From Candidatus Adlerbacteria bacterium GW2011_GWA1_54_10 (GTDB lineage: Bacteria > Patescibacteriota > Minisyncoccia > Phycocordibacterales > SBAW01), in the NCBI GenBank assembly GCA_001004665.1, contig LCRO01000002.1:27060-91059 (forward strand): 64,000 nucleotides of DNA, written 5' to 3'. The position numbers and the translations under genes are program-made. Shown here piece after piece: positions 45,376 to 54,331 of the stretch. The number at the start of each line of letters is the position of its first letter. Within the stretch, counting starts at the first letter, position 1. A model generated the notes under the pieces. That model made no database searches. It was not told the origin of the DNA and saw nothing but the letters and a program-made list of their open reading frames with translations.

Positions 45376-46313
45376 ATTTTTTCTATGGCACGGAGCTTCG
45401 CACTGCGGGAGGACGGATTTTCTTTGACCTCTTGGGCGGATGGCGCGAGCGGCTTTTTGTACAGCAGACGGGCCGAGGTGTTTGCGGACATCCGATGTCC
45501 GCAAAACTCGCGGAAAAGATTTTTTACCGCTCGGTCCTCGATGCTGTGGAAGGTTATGACCGCGATGCGCCCGCCGCAGTCAAGGCTCTTCCACGCCGCG
45601 CGCAGGCCCTGCTCCAAAACCCGGGGTTCATCGTTGACAGCTATGCGCAGTGCCTGAAAGGTTTTAGTCGCGGGATTAAGGCGCGAGCGGCGATAACGCG
45701 GCGGCACGGCTCCCTGCACTGCTCCCACAAGATCGAATGTCGTAGCAAAAGGCTTTTGCGCGCGGCGCGCGGCGATGGCCCTTGCTATAATTCGCGCGTA
45801 GCGCTCCTCCCCATAGCCGTAAAGCGCGTCCGCTATTGCTTTCTCGCTCCATCTATTCAAAATGTCTTTGGCAAAAAATCCGGAGCGCGGTTTCTGCCCG
45901 TAGCTCATGAGCAGAGGCTCGTCACGCATAAAGGAAAACCCTCGGCCCGCCATAAGCTGACCGCGGTTCCACCCCAGATCAAAAACTATCTTATTTATTT
46001 TGCCGATGCCGAGCTTTTTGAGGATTTTTTGGAGGTCGGCGAAATTGGCCGTGATATCCGCTCGGGCCGAGCGATCGGCGTCTATAGAAACGACCCTCGC
46101 GCCCGACTTTTTAAGCGCCGCCGTATATCCGCCCTGTCCGTATGTCGCGTCGATAACGGTCTCGCCCTTTTCCGGAGCGAGCGCATTCAGAACTTCCTTG
46201 ATCATGACCGGCACGTGCGCTTGTTTCTGGCCGCGAACAGGAGCTCCCTCCTCTCGAGCGGAAAGCCCCCGCGCACGAACAGAAACAAAAGAGCGGGCCA
46301 TCGTCATTTCCAT
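45363..46313 (-). CDS. rsmH: 16S rRNA (cytosine1402-N4)-methyltransferase RsmH (MraW)
   Basis: HVPVMIKEVLNALAPEKGETVIDATYGQGGYTAALKKSGARVVSIDAD...FDLGWNRGQL...MRDEPLLMSYG. Confidence 0.85.
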   Translation of the reverse strand: MEMTMARSFVSVRARGLSAREEGAPVRGQKQAHVPVMIKEVLNALAPEKGETVIDATYGQGGYTAALKKSGARVVSIDADRSARADITANFADLQKILKKLGIGKINKIVFDLGWNRGQLMAGRGFSFMRDEPLLMSYGQKPRSGFFAKDILNRWSEKAIADALYGYGEERYARIIARAIAARRAQKPFATTFDLVGAVQGAVPPRYRRSRLNPATKTFQALRIAVNDEPRVLEQGLRAAWKSLDCGGRIAVITFHSIEDRAVKNLFREFCGHRMSANTSARLLYKKPLAPSAQEVKENPSSRSAKLRAIEKICIH

Positions 46314-46316
46314 AAA

Positions 46317-46751
46317 TTAAAGAATTCCAAGGTCGCCAAGCGTCTGCGCCATTCCCTCGGCGCCGCGCTCGATGCGACTCTTGTACTCCTTCCAAGTCTT
46401 TTCGTCCCAGATCTCGACCCTATCTGAGACTCCGCAAAGCACTACGCTTCCCTTGAGACGCGCGAACTCTTTAAGGAAATCCGGCACGAGTATACGCCCG
46501 GCGCCGTCGACCGGCTGTTCGACCGCACCCGCCAAGAGGAAGCGGCTCATCCCGCGCGTGTCGGCGCCGCCCACCGGCAAATTGGCGACCTTCTCCGCGA
46601 TCCTCTCCCATGCCTTCTGCGGAAACATAAACAGGCATGAGTCGAGCCCGCGGGTTATCACCACCTTTCTGCCGACTTCCTTGCGGAATTTTGCCGGCAA
46701 AGAAAGTCGTTTTTTGCTGTCCAGAGTATGTCTGTATTCGCCAATGAGCAT
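46317..46751 (-). CDS. mraZ: transcriptional regulator MraZ
   Basis: MLIGEYRHTLDSKKRLSLPAKFRKEVGRKVVITRGLDSCLFMFPQKAWERI... Two SpoVT/AbrB-like repeats. Confidence 0.9.
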   Translation of the reverse strand: MLIGEYRHTLDSKKRLSLPAKFRKEVGRKVVITRGLDSCLFMFPQKAWERIAEKVANLPVGGADTRGMSRFLLAGAVEQPVDGAGRILVPDFLKEFARLKGSVVLCGVSDRVEIWDEKTWKEYKSRIERGAEGMAQTLGDLGIL

Positions 46752-46766
46752 GTTTGTCCGGCAGGT

Positions 46767-46814
46767 ATTCCACTTTGTCCCACCCGTTGGGATTATACTG
46801 CACTTTCTCCCACC
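46767..46814 (-). promoter_or_regulatory. mraZ promoter (-10 TATAAT at 46797..46792, minus strand) with MraZ-box-like GTGG(G/A) repeats at 10-nt phasing
   Basis: Minus strand reads GGTGGGAGAAAGTGCAGTATAATCCCAACGGGTGGGACAAAGTGGAATACC. GTGGG at 46814..46807 and 46783..46777; GTGGA at 46773..46767. Confidence 0.55.
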
Positions 46815-46857
46815 AGATACCTATTCTTATCCACAGCCACATGAATATTTTATGAGC

Positions 46858-46886
46858 TTGACAAATAACTATTTTCGATATATAAT
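46858..46886 (+). promoter_or_regulatory. perfect-consensus sigma70 promoter TTGACA-17-TATAAT, divergent from mraZ, driving the small ORF at 46937
   Basis: TTGACA at 46858-46863, 17-nt spacer, TATAAT at 46881-46886. Confidence 0.6.
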
Positions 46887-46936
46887 TGTTAAAGACAGGG
46901 AGGGTCAGACACTAATCCAAATCATGAGGTGTGGCC

Positions 46937-47110
46937 ATGACTCTGAAGCAATTCCTTAAAATCGCTCCGGGCAATCTAAAGCGTTTTTGGGTGGAGCTTA
47001 ATCATCTCCCCCCACACGATTACCATACGGTACTCGTGTGCGCGCTCGGTGCGACACTGGTGATTGTGGTTCTTTTGACGCTCCATGGAATCGCCACAAT
47101 CGAACAGTAG
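46937..47110 (+). CDS. unannotated small ORF (57 aa) encoding a single-TM protein
   Basis: MTLKQFLKIAPGNLKRFWVELNHLPPHDYHTVLVCALGATLVIVVLLTLHGIATIEQ. SD AGGTG 6 nt upstream. Preceded by the consensus promoter and followed by a terminator. Absent from the ORF track because it is under 60 aa. Confidence 0.45.
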   Translation: MTLKQFLKIAPGNLKRFWVELNHLPPHDYHTVLVCALGATLVIVVLLTLHGIATIEQ

Positions 47111-47115
47111 GAAAA

Positions 47116-47148
47116 GGGCGCCCGCGGAAACATCCGGGGGCGCTTTTT
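47116..47148. terminator. bidirectional rho-independent terminator between the small ORF (+) and the class I lysRS gene (-)
   Basis: GGCGCCCGCGG-AAACAT-CCGGGGGCGC, a 10-bp stem with one mismatch. TTTTTAATTTT follows on the plus strand and CCUUUUCC on the minus strand. Confidence 0.6.
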
Positions 47149-47156
47149 AATTTTGT

Positions 47157-48665
47157 CTAAGCGCTTGCCTCTTTTAACCGGCGCAGAACGAATTCCCTAT
47201 CGAGTACCGAGAGGAACCATCCGGCTTTTGGTCCGCTTTCTTTGCCGAGGAACGCAAGATATACCGCTTTGAACTCTTTTAACTCGTGCAGCTTCTGATG
47301 CAATTCCTCGCCGTTTTTCATCTCGGGCGAGGACTTGATAAAATCGGCAAACTGCGCGAGCGCGCGCTTTTGCTCCGGACTTAAATTTTTTGCCGCAGGA
47401 GGCAGAGTATCCTGCAGTTTGAACACAAACTTTTCCGGCGCGTACTCCGCTAGCCACTTTTTGGCGTACGCCGCGCGCTCTTCTAACTCTTTCTTTTCTT
47501 CCGCATTCAACGCACCTCCCTTTATTTTTTCCGCCTCTTCTCCCAAATCCATATGCGGCATCTGCACGATAAAAACTACCTGCGAGAAACGCATTAAAAA
47601 GTCGGGCAAGTCAGACCTGCCTAAAAATTCGAACAGGCGCGCGTAGTCGTCATTTGCGCCACTCCGGTAATTTTCCGCAAGTTTGTCGTAATGGTCGTAT
47701 AAAACTGGGACCGTATCACCCTCGGGATCAAAGTTGGTCTGTTGATTTATTTCTTTGCCGAGGAGCGCGAGGCGCAATATCTTCGGCGGTATAAGGTTTG
47801 CTATGTCCACCGCACTGCTACCCAGCCCCTTGCTCGCCGACATTTTGCGGCCTCCGACCAAAAAGAACTCGTACGGAATATTGAACGGCGGTTCGTAATT
47901 GAACACCTCGCGGGATATATGGTCGGCAACGTCGCGAGCGCCGCCTTTGGTTGAGTGGTCCTTGCCTGCGCCCTCCACGGCAACTCCAAGAACACTCCAT
48001 TTCGCCGGCCATTCGACCTTCCACGGGAGCTTTGCCTTGCCGCCGAAAGGCGAAGTTTTTCTCTCGTACCCGCATTTGCATGAGTACTCGACTTCCTTGC
48101 CGTCGAAGTTGCGCGCCTGCGTGGAAAAGACGCTTCCGCACTGCCCGCAAATGACCGAGAGAGGAAGCCAGTCTTCCCCCTTTTGCGATCCGGAAACCTC
48201 TTTATAAATGCGGCGGATATCATGTGCATGCTCGAGCGCCTCACGGATTGCGCCGTCCATTTTGCCGCTCAAATACAGCTCGCTTGAGTAATAGAATTCC
48301 GGATGCCATCCGGCATCCTCTATTACTTTCCGAAATTCGCCTGCAAAATATTCGGCGAAATTTTTTGCAGAGAAGTCGGGCGACGGTATATCACGCAAGG
48401 GTTTGCCGAAGTGAAGCTCGAACGTAGCGCGATCGAGATATGCCGGGATGTCGTCCATCGGGTCGAAGTCGTTGAATTCGTACAGGAATCGGTTCTCTAT
48501 GCCTTTCTGCGCCAGAGCCTCGGCCACCGTGCCGTGTATGGCCACGCCGCGCATAGAGCCTATGTGCACGCGGCCCGAAACCGTCTTCTCGTCGCGGATT
48601 ATCAAAGGCTTCCCGCGCCCATAGCGCTTTTCTATCTCCCCTGCCAGCCTATCCGCCCAAAACAT
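47157..48665 (-). CDS. lysK: class I lysyl-tRNA synthetase (LysRS-I, archaeal-type)
   Basis: MFWADRLAGEIEKRY...IIRDEKTVSGRVHIGSMRG (HIGH-like); Zn-binding CGQCG...CKCG; KMSASKGLG (KMSKS); C-terminal FKAVYLAFLGKESGPKAGWFLSVLDREFVLRRLK. Collinear with archaeal LysRS-I. Confidence 0.8.
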   Translation of the reverse strand: MFWADRLAGEIEKRYGRGKPLIIRDEKTVSGRVHIGSMRGVAIHGTVAEALAQKGIENRFLYEFNDFDPMDDIPAYLDRATFELHFGKPLRDIPSPDFSAKNFAEYFAGEFRKVIEDAGWHPEFYYSSELYLSGKMDGAIREALEHAHDIRRIYKEVSGSQKGEDWLPLSVICGQCGSVFSTQARNFDGKEVEYSCKCGYERKTSPFGGKAKLPWKVEWPAKWSVLGVAVEGAGKDHSTKGGARDVADHISREVFNYEPPFNIPYEFFLVGGRKMSASKGLGSSAVDIANLIPPKILRLALLGKEINQQTNFDPEGDTVPVLYDHYDKLAENYRSGANDDYARLFEFLGRSDLPDFLMRFSQVVFIVQMPHMDLGEEAEKIKGGALNAEEKKELEERAAYAKKWLAEYAPEKFVFKLQDTLPPAAKNLSPEQKRALAQFADFIKSSPEMKNGEELHQKLHELKEFKAVYLAFLGKESGPKAGWFLSVLDREFVLRRLKEASA

Positions 48666-48694
48666 TGACCCATTGTACTTTATTTTTGTTGGTG

Positions 48695-49156
48695 TCACTC
48701 GACTTTGAGGATTTTGTATTTTTGCGTGCCGCGGGGAGTATGAAAGGAGAATTCGTCCCCCTTCTTTTTTCCGAGCAGGGCGGCACCGAGCGGCGAGTGA
48801 TAAGAGACTTTGCCGGCCAAAATGTCCGCCTCCTCGGCACCGACTATGGTGTATGTGTGCCGCTCTAGCCCCTGCAGGGGCTGGACTATAACCAAAGAGC
48901 CCATGCTCACAGTATCGCCCTTCCCAGCGCGGACTATCTTCGCGTTCTTTAAAATATTCTCGAGTTTGCCGATGCGCTCCTCGACCGCGGCCTGCATCTC
49001 GCGAGCCTCCTGATACTCCGCGTTCTCGGACAGGTCACCGAGTGAGCGAGCGTATTCAAGCTGTTGCGCCACCTCGCGGCGGCGTGTGGTGCGCAACTCA
49101 TTGAGCTCTTTTGTAAGCTCCTCGAATTTTTCCTGCGACATCAATTCTTCAGCCAT
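48695..49156 (-). CDS. greA: transcription elongation factor GreA
   Basis: Coiled-coil N-domain plus FKBP-like C-domain: GDLSENAEYQEAREMQAAVEERIGKLENILKNAKIV. Confidence 0.9.
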   Translation of the reverse strand: MAEELMSQEKFEELTKELNELRTTRRREVAQQLEYARSLGDLSENAEYQEAREMQAAVEERIGKLENILKNAKIVRAGKGDTVSMGSLVIVQPLQGLERHTYTIVGAEEADILAGKVSYHSPLGAALLGKKKGDEFSFHTPRGTQKYKILKVE

Positions 49157-49252
49157 GTGAGAAACCAGTGTATCTAAGCATTCCTTCTTGTCAATGGGGA
49201 TAGTTAAACTACGCAGAGAATATGCGTACCCGTAGAAGGTTGTTTTGCGGAG

Positions 49253-50971
49253 CTAATTCAAATACTCCGGTTTGTTTTGGCGCAACCAGTTGAAGAAACC
49301 GCTCATCGCCGCCGACGCGCCGACGAGCGTCCCTGCGGGCGCGCGCTCCAGCACCACTGCATAAGCGAAGCGCGGATATTCAAACGGCCAGAATCCTATC
49401 ATCCACGAATTCATGTACTGGTTCGACGAGCCCACTTGTGCTGTGCCGGTCTTGGCGGCGACGTGCAGGTCGGCAAAATTGACCGCCGTCGCTATCCCCT
49501 CACGCACCGACATCCGCATCCCCTCGCGCGCGACCTCGAGTGAGTGCCCGCTCAAAGGCAAAGGAGTGCTCTCTCCCGTTGTGCTTGCCACCGCACCAAT
49601 AATATTGGCGTTGCGGCTTGCAAGCAGAGTCGGAACAACCAATTTGCCGCTCGCGAGCGCGGCGGCGGCCCTCGCGGCCTGCAGGGGAGTTATCTGCATG
49701 CCGTATTGCCCTATCGCCGTATGGTAAGTGTTGCCGATGCGCCACACCGGATCGTCGGGAAAGGTTTTCGCCTTCCACTGCGGCGTGGGTATGTTGCCTT
49801 GCGCCTGCGAAAACCCCTCAAGCCCGGCGTCCATCCCGAATCCGAACATCTGCAGGTACTTGTCTATGTTTGCGATGCCGACACCTTTCTGCGCGCCGTA
49901 CCCGCCTCCAACCTCATAAAAATACACGTCGGAGGAAACCGCGATCGCATGGCGCATGTCCACGTAGCCGTGCGCGCGCCAGTCGCGAAAGACAGATGGT
50001 GTTTCTGGATTGTAAGGATTGGGTATGGAGATCGAGCCAGTGCTTAAAATTTGCTTGTATTCGTCTATGACTCCCTCCTCGAGCGCCGCGGCGGCTATTA
50101 TTGGCTTCACGATAGAACCCGGCGCGTAAAGTCCGTCAGTTGCGCGGTTGAGGAATGGGCGGCGCGAGTCGGAGTTATAGACAGAGATTTTTTCCGAATC
50201 ACCTTCCGTAAGTGCCGCTGGCGAATATTCCGGGTAGCTTGTCATGGCAAGCAGTTCGCCGGTATGTACATCCATAATTACCCCGGCACCGCCGACAAAG
50301 CGCGACTCCTGCGTGCGCGCGGCTATGGCGTCATAGAGCACTTGCGTCACCTCGGCGTCGAGAGAGAGCACAACCTTCTCCCCCGCGCGCGGCTCCTGCC
50401 GCCGCGCCTGCGAGACAATCTCGCCGCGCGCGTCATACTCTGTAAGAACTCTGCCATTTACCCCGCCGAGCGCGCTGTCAAAGGCGCGCTCCGCGCCGTC
50501 TACGCCAAGGTAGGTGTCGCGGTAATAAAACCCGGCGGAGTCCCTGGCGGGCGGCTTTGCATAGCCGAGCGCGTGCGCGATGCCGCGATACGGGGCATAG
50601 ACGCGCCGTGCGAAGTCGTTTTCATTCGCGCCAGCCTGCACAACCGGACGCTCACTCCATACTAGAGAACGTCCAGTTCGATCTGATATTGCGCCGCGCT
50701 CTGCGATTATGGTCTGCTCTTCTAGCTTGTTCTCCTGCGCCTGCTTGGCGTAAAGTGCTCCTTTTATTATCTGTAGGTCGCCTGCGCGAACAAGGTAAGC
50801 TGCAAAAATTACCGCCAAAAAAATTCCGGCCGCCGCGAAAGACCGCAAGCGGAGCGGCTGCTCGATGCGCCCCTCGAACCGGTCGCGGTCGAAATCGGGA
50901 AGATTCTCGGAGTCAATGAGTATCTCGTCCGCCTCTATCTCCGACCGCTTTGTCCGCTTCCTCAACATCAC
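49253..50971 (-). CDS. mrdA: class B penicillin-binding protein (PBP2/MrdA-like, rod-complex transpeptidase)
   Basis: N-terminal TM. SxxK as GSIVKPIIAAAALE. SSD as AVSSDVYFYE. KTG as AAKTGTAQV. Immediately downstream of mreBCD. Confidence 0.8.
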   Translation of the reverse strand: MMLRKRTKRSEIEADEILIDSENLPDFDRDRFEGRIEQPLRLRSFAAAGIFLAVIFAAYLVRAGDLQIIKGALYAKQAQENKLEEQTIIAERGAISDRTGRSLVWSERPVVQAGANENDFARRVYAPYRGIAHALGYAKPPARDSAGFYYRDTYLGVDGAERAFDSALGGVNGRVLTEYDARGEIVSQARRQEPRAGEKVVLSLDAEVTQVLYDAIAARTQESRFVGGAGVIMDVHTGELLAMTSYPEYSPAALTEGDSEKISVYNSDSRRPFLNRATDGLYAPGSIVKPIIAAAALEEGVIDEYKQILSTGSISIPNPYNPETPSVFRDWRAHGYVDMRHAIAVSSDVYFYEVGGGYGAQKGVGIANIDKYLQMFGFGMDAGLEGFSQAQGNIPTPQWKAKTFPDDPVWRIGNTYHTAIGQYGMQITPLQAARAAAALASGKLVVPTLLASRNANIIGAVASTTGESTPLPLSGHSLEVAREGMRMSVREGIATAVNFADLHVAAKTGTAQVGSSNQYMNSWMIGFWPFEYPRFAYAVVLERAPAGTLVGASAAMSGFFNWLRQNKPEYLN

Positions 50972-51279
50972 AACTTTCGCGGCAGGCGGCGGTCAAAAAA
51001 GTATTTCCATGCCAGCGCGCGAGAGACCGCAAGAAGGAGCGTAAAAACAGCCAGAGGAAAATATAAAAACCGCAGTGCGTTCGTCGGCTCTCCCCACAAA
51101 ATGTCCACTGCAAGCGCAAAAAATAACGCGAATAAAAAATTTCCCGACAGCGTAGCAAAGGCTACGGCAGCTACCGCAAGCGGCCACCACGGTACGAGAA
51201 CAGCAAGAATCAACAAACAGCTTAAAATCAAAAACTGAAAATTTTTAGTTTTTTGTTTTATGTTTTGAGTTATTTCCAT
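50968..51279 (-). CDS. mreD: rod shape-determining protein MreD-like (polytopic small membrane protein)
   Basis: 103 aa, 4-5 hydrophobic helices. Sits between mreC and mrdA with ATGA-type overlaps. Confidence 0.55.
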   Translation of the reverse strand: MEITQNIKQKTKNFQFLILSCLLILAVLVPWWPLAVAAVAFATLSGNFLFALFFALAVDILWGEPTNALRFLYFPLAVFTLLLAVSRALAWKYFFDRRLPRKL

Positions 51280-51949
51280 ACCTCGACATAGCGGAGCTCG
51301 AAAGGATTAATCGGCAAATGTGCATGGAGCCGCGCGGTTCCGTCCTCGTGCCTCTCGACGCGCGCTACGCGCGCGACTACGGAATCATCAATGCCGGGAA
51401 GCTTCAGATAGTCGCCCGCCGCGGCCATTGAACCGGCTGGCACCTCCGCAGTGAACGAGCCGCCGCCCTCTCCGGTGACGGAAACCGGAATTCCGGAAGC
51501 AGGAGAGGCTGACGGAATGAGCGTCAACTCGAGGGATCCTTCCGGCGCAGAAAAAAGCATAACGCGCGCATCCCTGCCGCCTGCCGCGGAAATTTTGCCG
51601 ATGAGCAGAGAGCCTCCGGCGTATACTAAATCGCCTTCGGCGATTCCATCCTTCACGCCCGCGTCTATAAGCAAAGTGTCATACGGGATGGCAGGCGGAC
51701 GCATAAGAACGGCGGCAAGCACCCGCCCCTCGCCGTTTCCGCTATTTTTGCCTCGAGCGACGCTACTTCGGCGCGCAGAAGAACCGCCTCGCTCGAACCC
51801 AGTGTATTGCGCAGAGCGAGCACCGGATAGACGACAAAATCAAGCGCGCCCTCGAGCGAGGTGCGCGTAAGCGATGCGGCCAAAAGCAGTAGAGCCACAA
51901 AAAGCGCCGCCGCCATGCGCAAAAAACGCTTATTCGAAATCGTCCTCAT
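51270..51949 (-). pseudogene. mreC: rod shape-determining protein MreC, split by a -1/+2 frameshift at a T5/A5 homopolymer (51745-51749). Either a pseudogene or a sequencing error
   Basis: N-part (51665-51949): TM plus coiled coil ...LRAEVASLEAKIAE. C-part (51270-51722; the open frame extends up to 51839): ...NGEGRVLAAVLMRPPAIPYDTLLIDAGVKDGIAEGDLV, the MreC beta-domain. The two frames overlap around GCAAAAATAGCGG. Confidence 0.65.
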
Positions 51950-52985
51950 GGTCTATCAACATATCGCTGTGCAGGTCCAAATTTTCCAAAATTACGCCCG
52001 TGCCGCGCGCGACGGCAGTAAGCGGATCGTCGGCGACGATGACGGGCACCTTAAGCCATCCAGCGAGCAAGGTATCGAGCCCGTGGAGCATTGCGCCGCC
52101 ACCAACAAGAACGACGCCGCCGCGCATTATGTCCGAGAGTATTTCCGGAGGTGTGGTTTCCAAGACCTCCCGCACCGACTCGACCAGCGTGTCTATTGAT
52201 TGCGATATGGCTTCGCGAATGTCCCCGTCGGCTAGCACCACCTCGCGAGGAAGGCCGGTAATGAGGTCGCGCCCGCGCACGAGCGCCTCTTGCCTGCCTG
52301 CGCCCTCCGATACACTACCTATGGCCATTTTTACCGCCTCGGCCGTTTTTTCGCCCACAAGTATCTTAAACTCCGAGCGTATGTAGGAAATGATGTCCTG
52401 ATTGAGTTTGTCGCCCGCTATCCTTAAATTTTTCGAGCGCACAATGCCTCCTAGCGACAAAACCGCTATGTCGGTCGTGCCGCCGCCTATGTCAACAAGC
52501 ATCGAGCCGACAGCCTCTCGCAGAGGAAGCCGTATGCCAAGCGCGGCGGCAATCGGCTCTTCAACAATGTGCACCTCGCGCGCGCCGGCGTTGAGCGACG
52601 CATCGCGCACCGCGCGCATCTCGACGTTGGTTATTCCGGAAGGCACTCCGACAACGGCTCTCGGACCCAGTATTTTTTTGGATATACCTTGAGCGCGGTT
52701 TATGAGATATGCAAGCATCTCTTCCGTGGCTTCGAAGTCGGAAACAACCCCGTCCACAAGCGGCCGCACCGCGCTTAAGTGCCCCGGCGTCCGGCCAAGC
52801 ATTTGTTTGGCCTTTTCTCCCACGGCCACTACCTGGTTTGTCTTCTGGTTTACCGCCACTACCGACGGCTCGTTGACGACTATTCCCCTGCCGCGCAGGT
52901 AAACAAGTGTGTTTGCCGTACCCAAGTCTATGCCGATGTCGTTCGAGATAATCGGCAGTATCCTCTTTTGGAACCATCGCCTCAT
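51930..52985 (-). CDS. mreB: rod shape-determining protein MreB (actin homolog)
   Basis: ISNDIGIDLGTANTLVYLRGRGIVVNEPSVVAV...DIGGGTTDIAVLSLGGIV. Confidence 0.9.
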   Translation of the reverse strand: MRRWFQKRILPIISNDIGIDLGTANTLVYLRGRGIVVNEPSVVAVNQKTNQVVAVGEKAKQMLGRTPGHLSAVRPLVDGVVSDFEATEEMLAYLINRAQGISKKILGPRAVVGVPSGITNVEMRAVRDASLNAGAREVHIVEEPIAAALGIRLPLREAVGSMLVDIGGGTTDIAVLSLGGIVRSKNLRIAGDKLNQDIISYIRSEFKILVGEKTAEAVKMAIGSVSEGAGRQEALVRGRDLITGLPREVVLADGDIREAISQSIDTLVESVREVLETTPPEILSDIMRGGVVLVGGGAMLHGLDTLLAGWLKVPVIVADDPLTAVARGTGVILENLDLHSDMLIDHEDDFE

Positions 52986-54238
52986 AGGCGGGCCGTCAGC
53001 TGTCCGATAAGCTCGGGCAGGCTTTTATAGGCCGTGTGTCCGGTTGCGCGCTCAATGCACTCGAAGTTGCCCTCCGCAAGCGACTTCTGCGAGACAATGA
53101 TTCGCATAGGGATTCCTATGAGGTCGCTGTCCACGAACTTCTCCCCCGCGCGCAGGTCGCGATCGTCGTACAGCACCTCAACTCCGGCATCGGTCAGATT
53201 GCGATAGAGCTCGTCCGCCTCTTTTTTTATCTCTGCCTCTCCGCCGGACAGCTCGACGAGATGCACGCGGAAAGGCGCCACATCCTCGGGCCAAACAAGC
53301 CCTTTCCCGTCGGCAAATGTTTCTGCGACCGTTGCCATCAGGCGCGCCGGTCCGATGCCGTATGAACCCATAAAAACCGGAACATTATTTCCTTGTTCGT
53401 CCGTATAAGCAAGACCAAGCGGTTCGGAAAACCGATTTCCAAGCGTAAATATATTTCCAACCTCAATCGCTTTTTCTTCGATAAAATTTTCACCCAGATT
53501 CAATTTCTTTTTTACATCTTCGGTAAAGACTTCTTTGTTTATCGCTATGTTATTTTCTTTGCTTATGTAAATTGTATCTTCGCCTGACTTGCAAACGGTT
53601 TGAAATTCATGACTAAATTGACTGAAAGAACCCCCGGACGCAAAAGTTTTATAGGTCTTATTGCCAAGTCCCGCGCGTTCAAAAATCCGAACATACGCAT
53701 CGGAAACTCTGTCGTAACATGCGATATGTTCCGCTTCGTTCTTACAAAACGAGTACAGGTCTTTCATCAAGAACTCGCGCGTGCGCATTAGACCCGACTT
53801 GGCGCGAACTTCGTTGCGGAACTTGGTTTGGAATTGATACGCATACACGGGCAGATCGCGCCACGAAGTAATGTGCTCGCGCATAAGCGCGGTCAGCGGC
53901 TCCTCGTGCGTAAAACCCAACCCCAACTCCCCGCCGCTTTGAAGTCTGGTCTTAAACCAGCTATCGACTTTTTTTTCGTCCCACCTGTCGGTCTTTTGCC
54001 ACAACTCCGGACTTTGCAATGTTGATAGATTAAGTTCGATGCCTCCTATGGCATTCATCTCTTCGCGGATTATTTGTATCACTTTGTTCAGCGTGCGGAG
54101 CCCGAGCGGCAAGAAGTCGTACACGCCCGCCATCTCTTTGTGGATGTATCCGGCGCGTATCAAAAGTTGCGCGTTCCTCGAAACCTCGTCTTTGGGCGCC
54201 TCCCGCCGCGTTTTGGTAAAAAGCTGTGATTGCCGCAT
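52982..54238 (-). CDS. proS: prolyl-tRNA synthetase, compact form lacking the large editing insertion
   Basis: MRQSQLFTKTRREAPKDEVSRNAQLLIRAGYIHKEMAGVYDFLPLGLRTL; motif 2 FRNEVRAKSGLMRTREFLMKDLYSF; motif 3 GSYGIGPARL; C-terminal anticodon-binding domain. 418 aa. Confidence 0.85.
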   Translation of the reverse strand: MRQSQLFTKTRREAPKDEVSRNAQLLIRAGYIHKEMAGVYDFLPLGLRTLNKVIQIIREEMNAIGGIELNLSTLQSPELWQKTDRWDEKKVDSWFKTRLQSGGELGLGFTHEEPLTALMREHITSWRDLPVYAYQFQTKFRNEVRAKSGLMRTREFLMKDLYSFCKNEAEHIACYDRVSDAYVRIFERAGLGNKTYKTFASGGSFSQFSHEFQTVCKSGEDTIYISKENNIAINKEVFTEDVKKKLNLGENFIEEKAIEVGNIFTLGNRFSEPLGLAYTDEQGNNVPVFMGSYGIGPARLMATVAETFADGKGLVWPEDVAPFRVHLVELSGGEAEIKKEADELYRNLTDAGVEVLYDDRDLRAGEKFVDSDLIGIPMRIIVSQKSLAEGNFECIERATGHTAYKSLPELIGQLTARL

Positions 54239-54331
54239 TAGAAGACATTGTACCGATAAAATCGGTAAATCTAAAGCATTCATTGACAAGTCGAAATAAA
54301 GGTGCCGATTTCAGAAATTTCAGTTCTCAAG

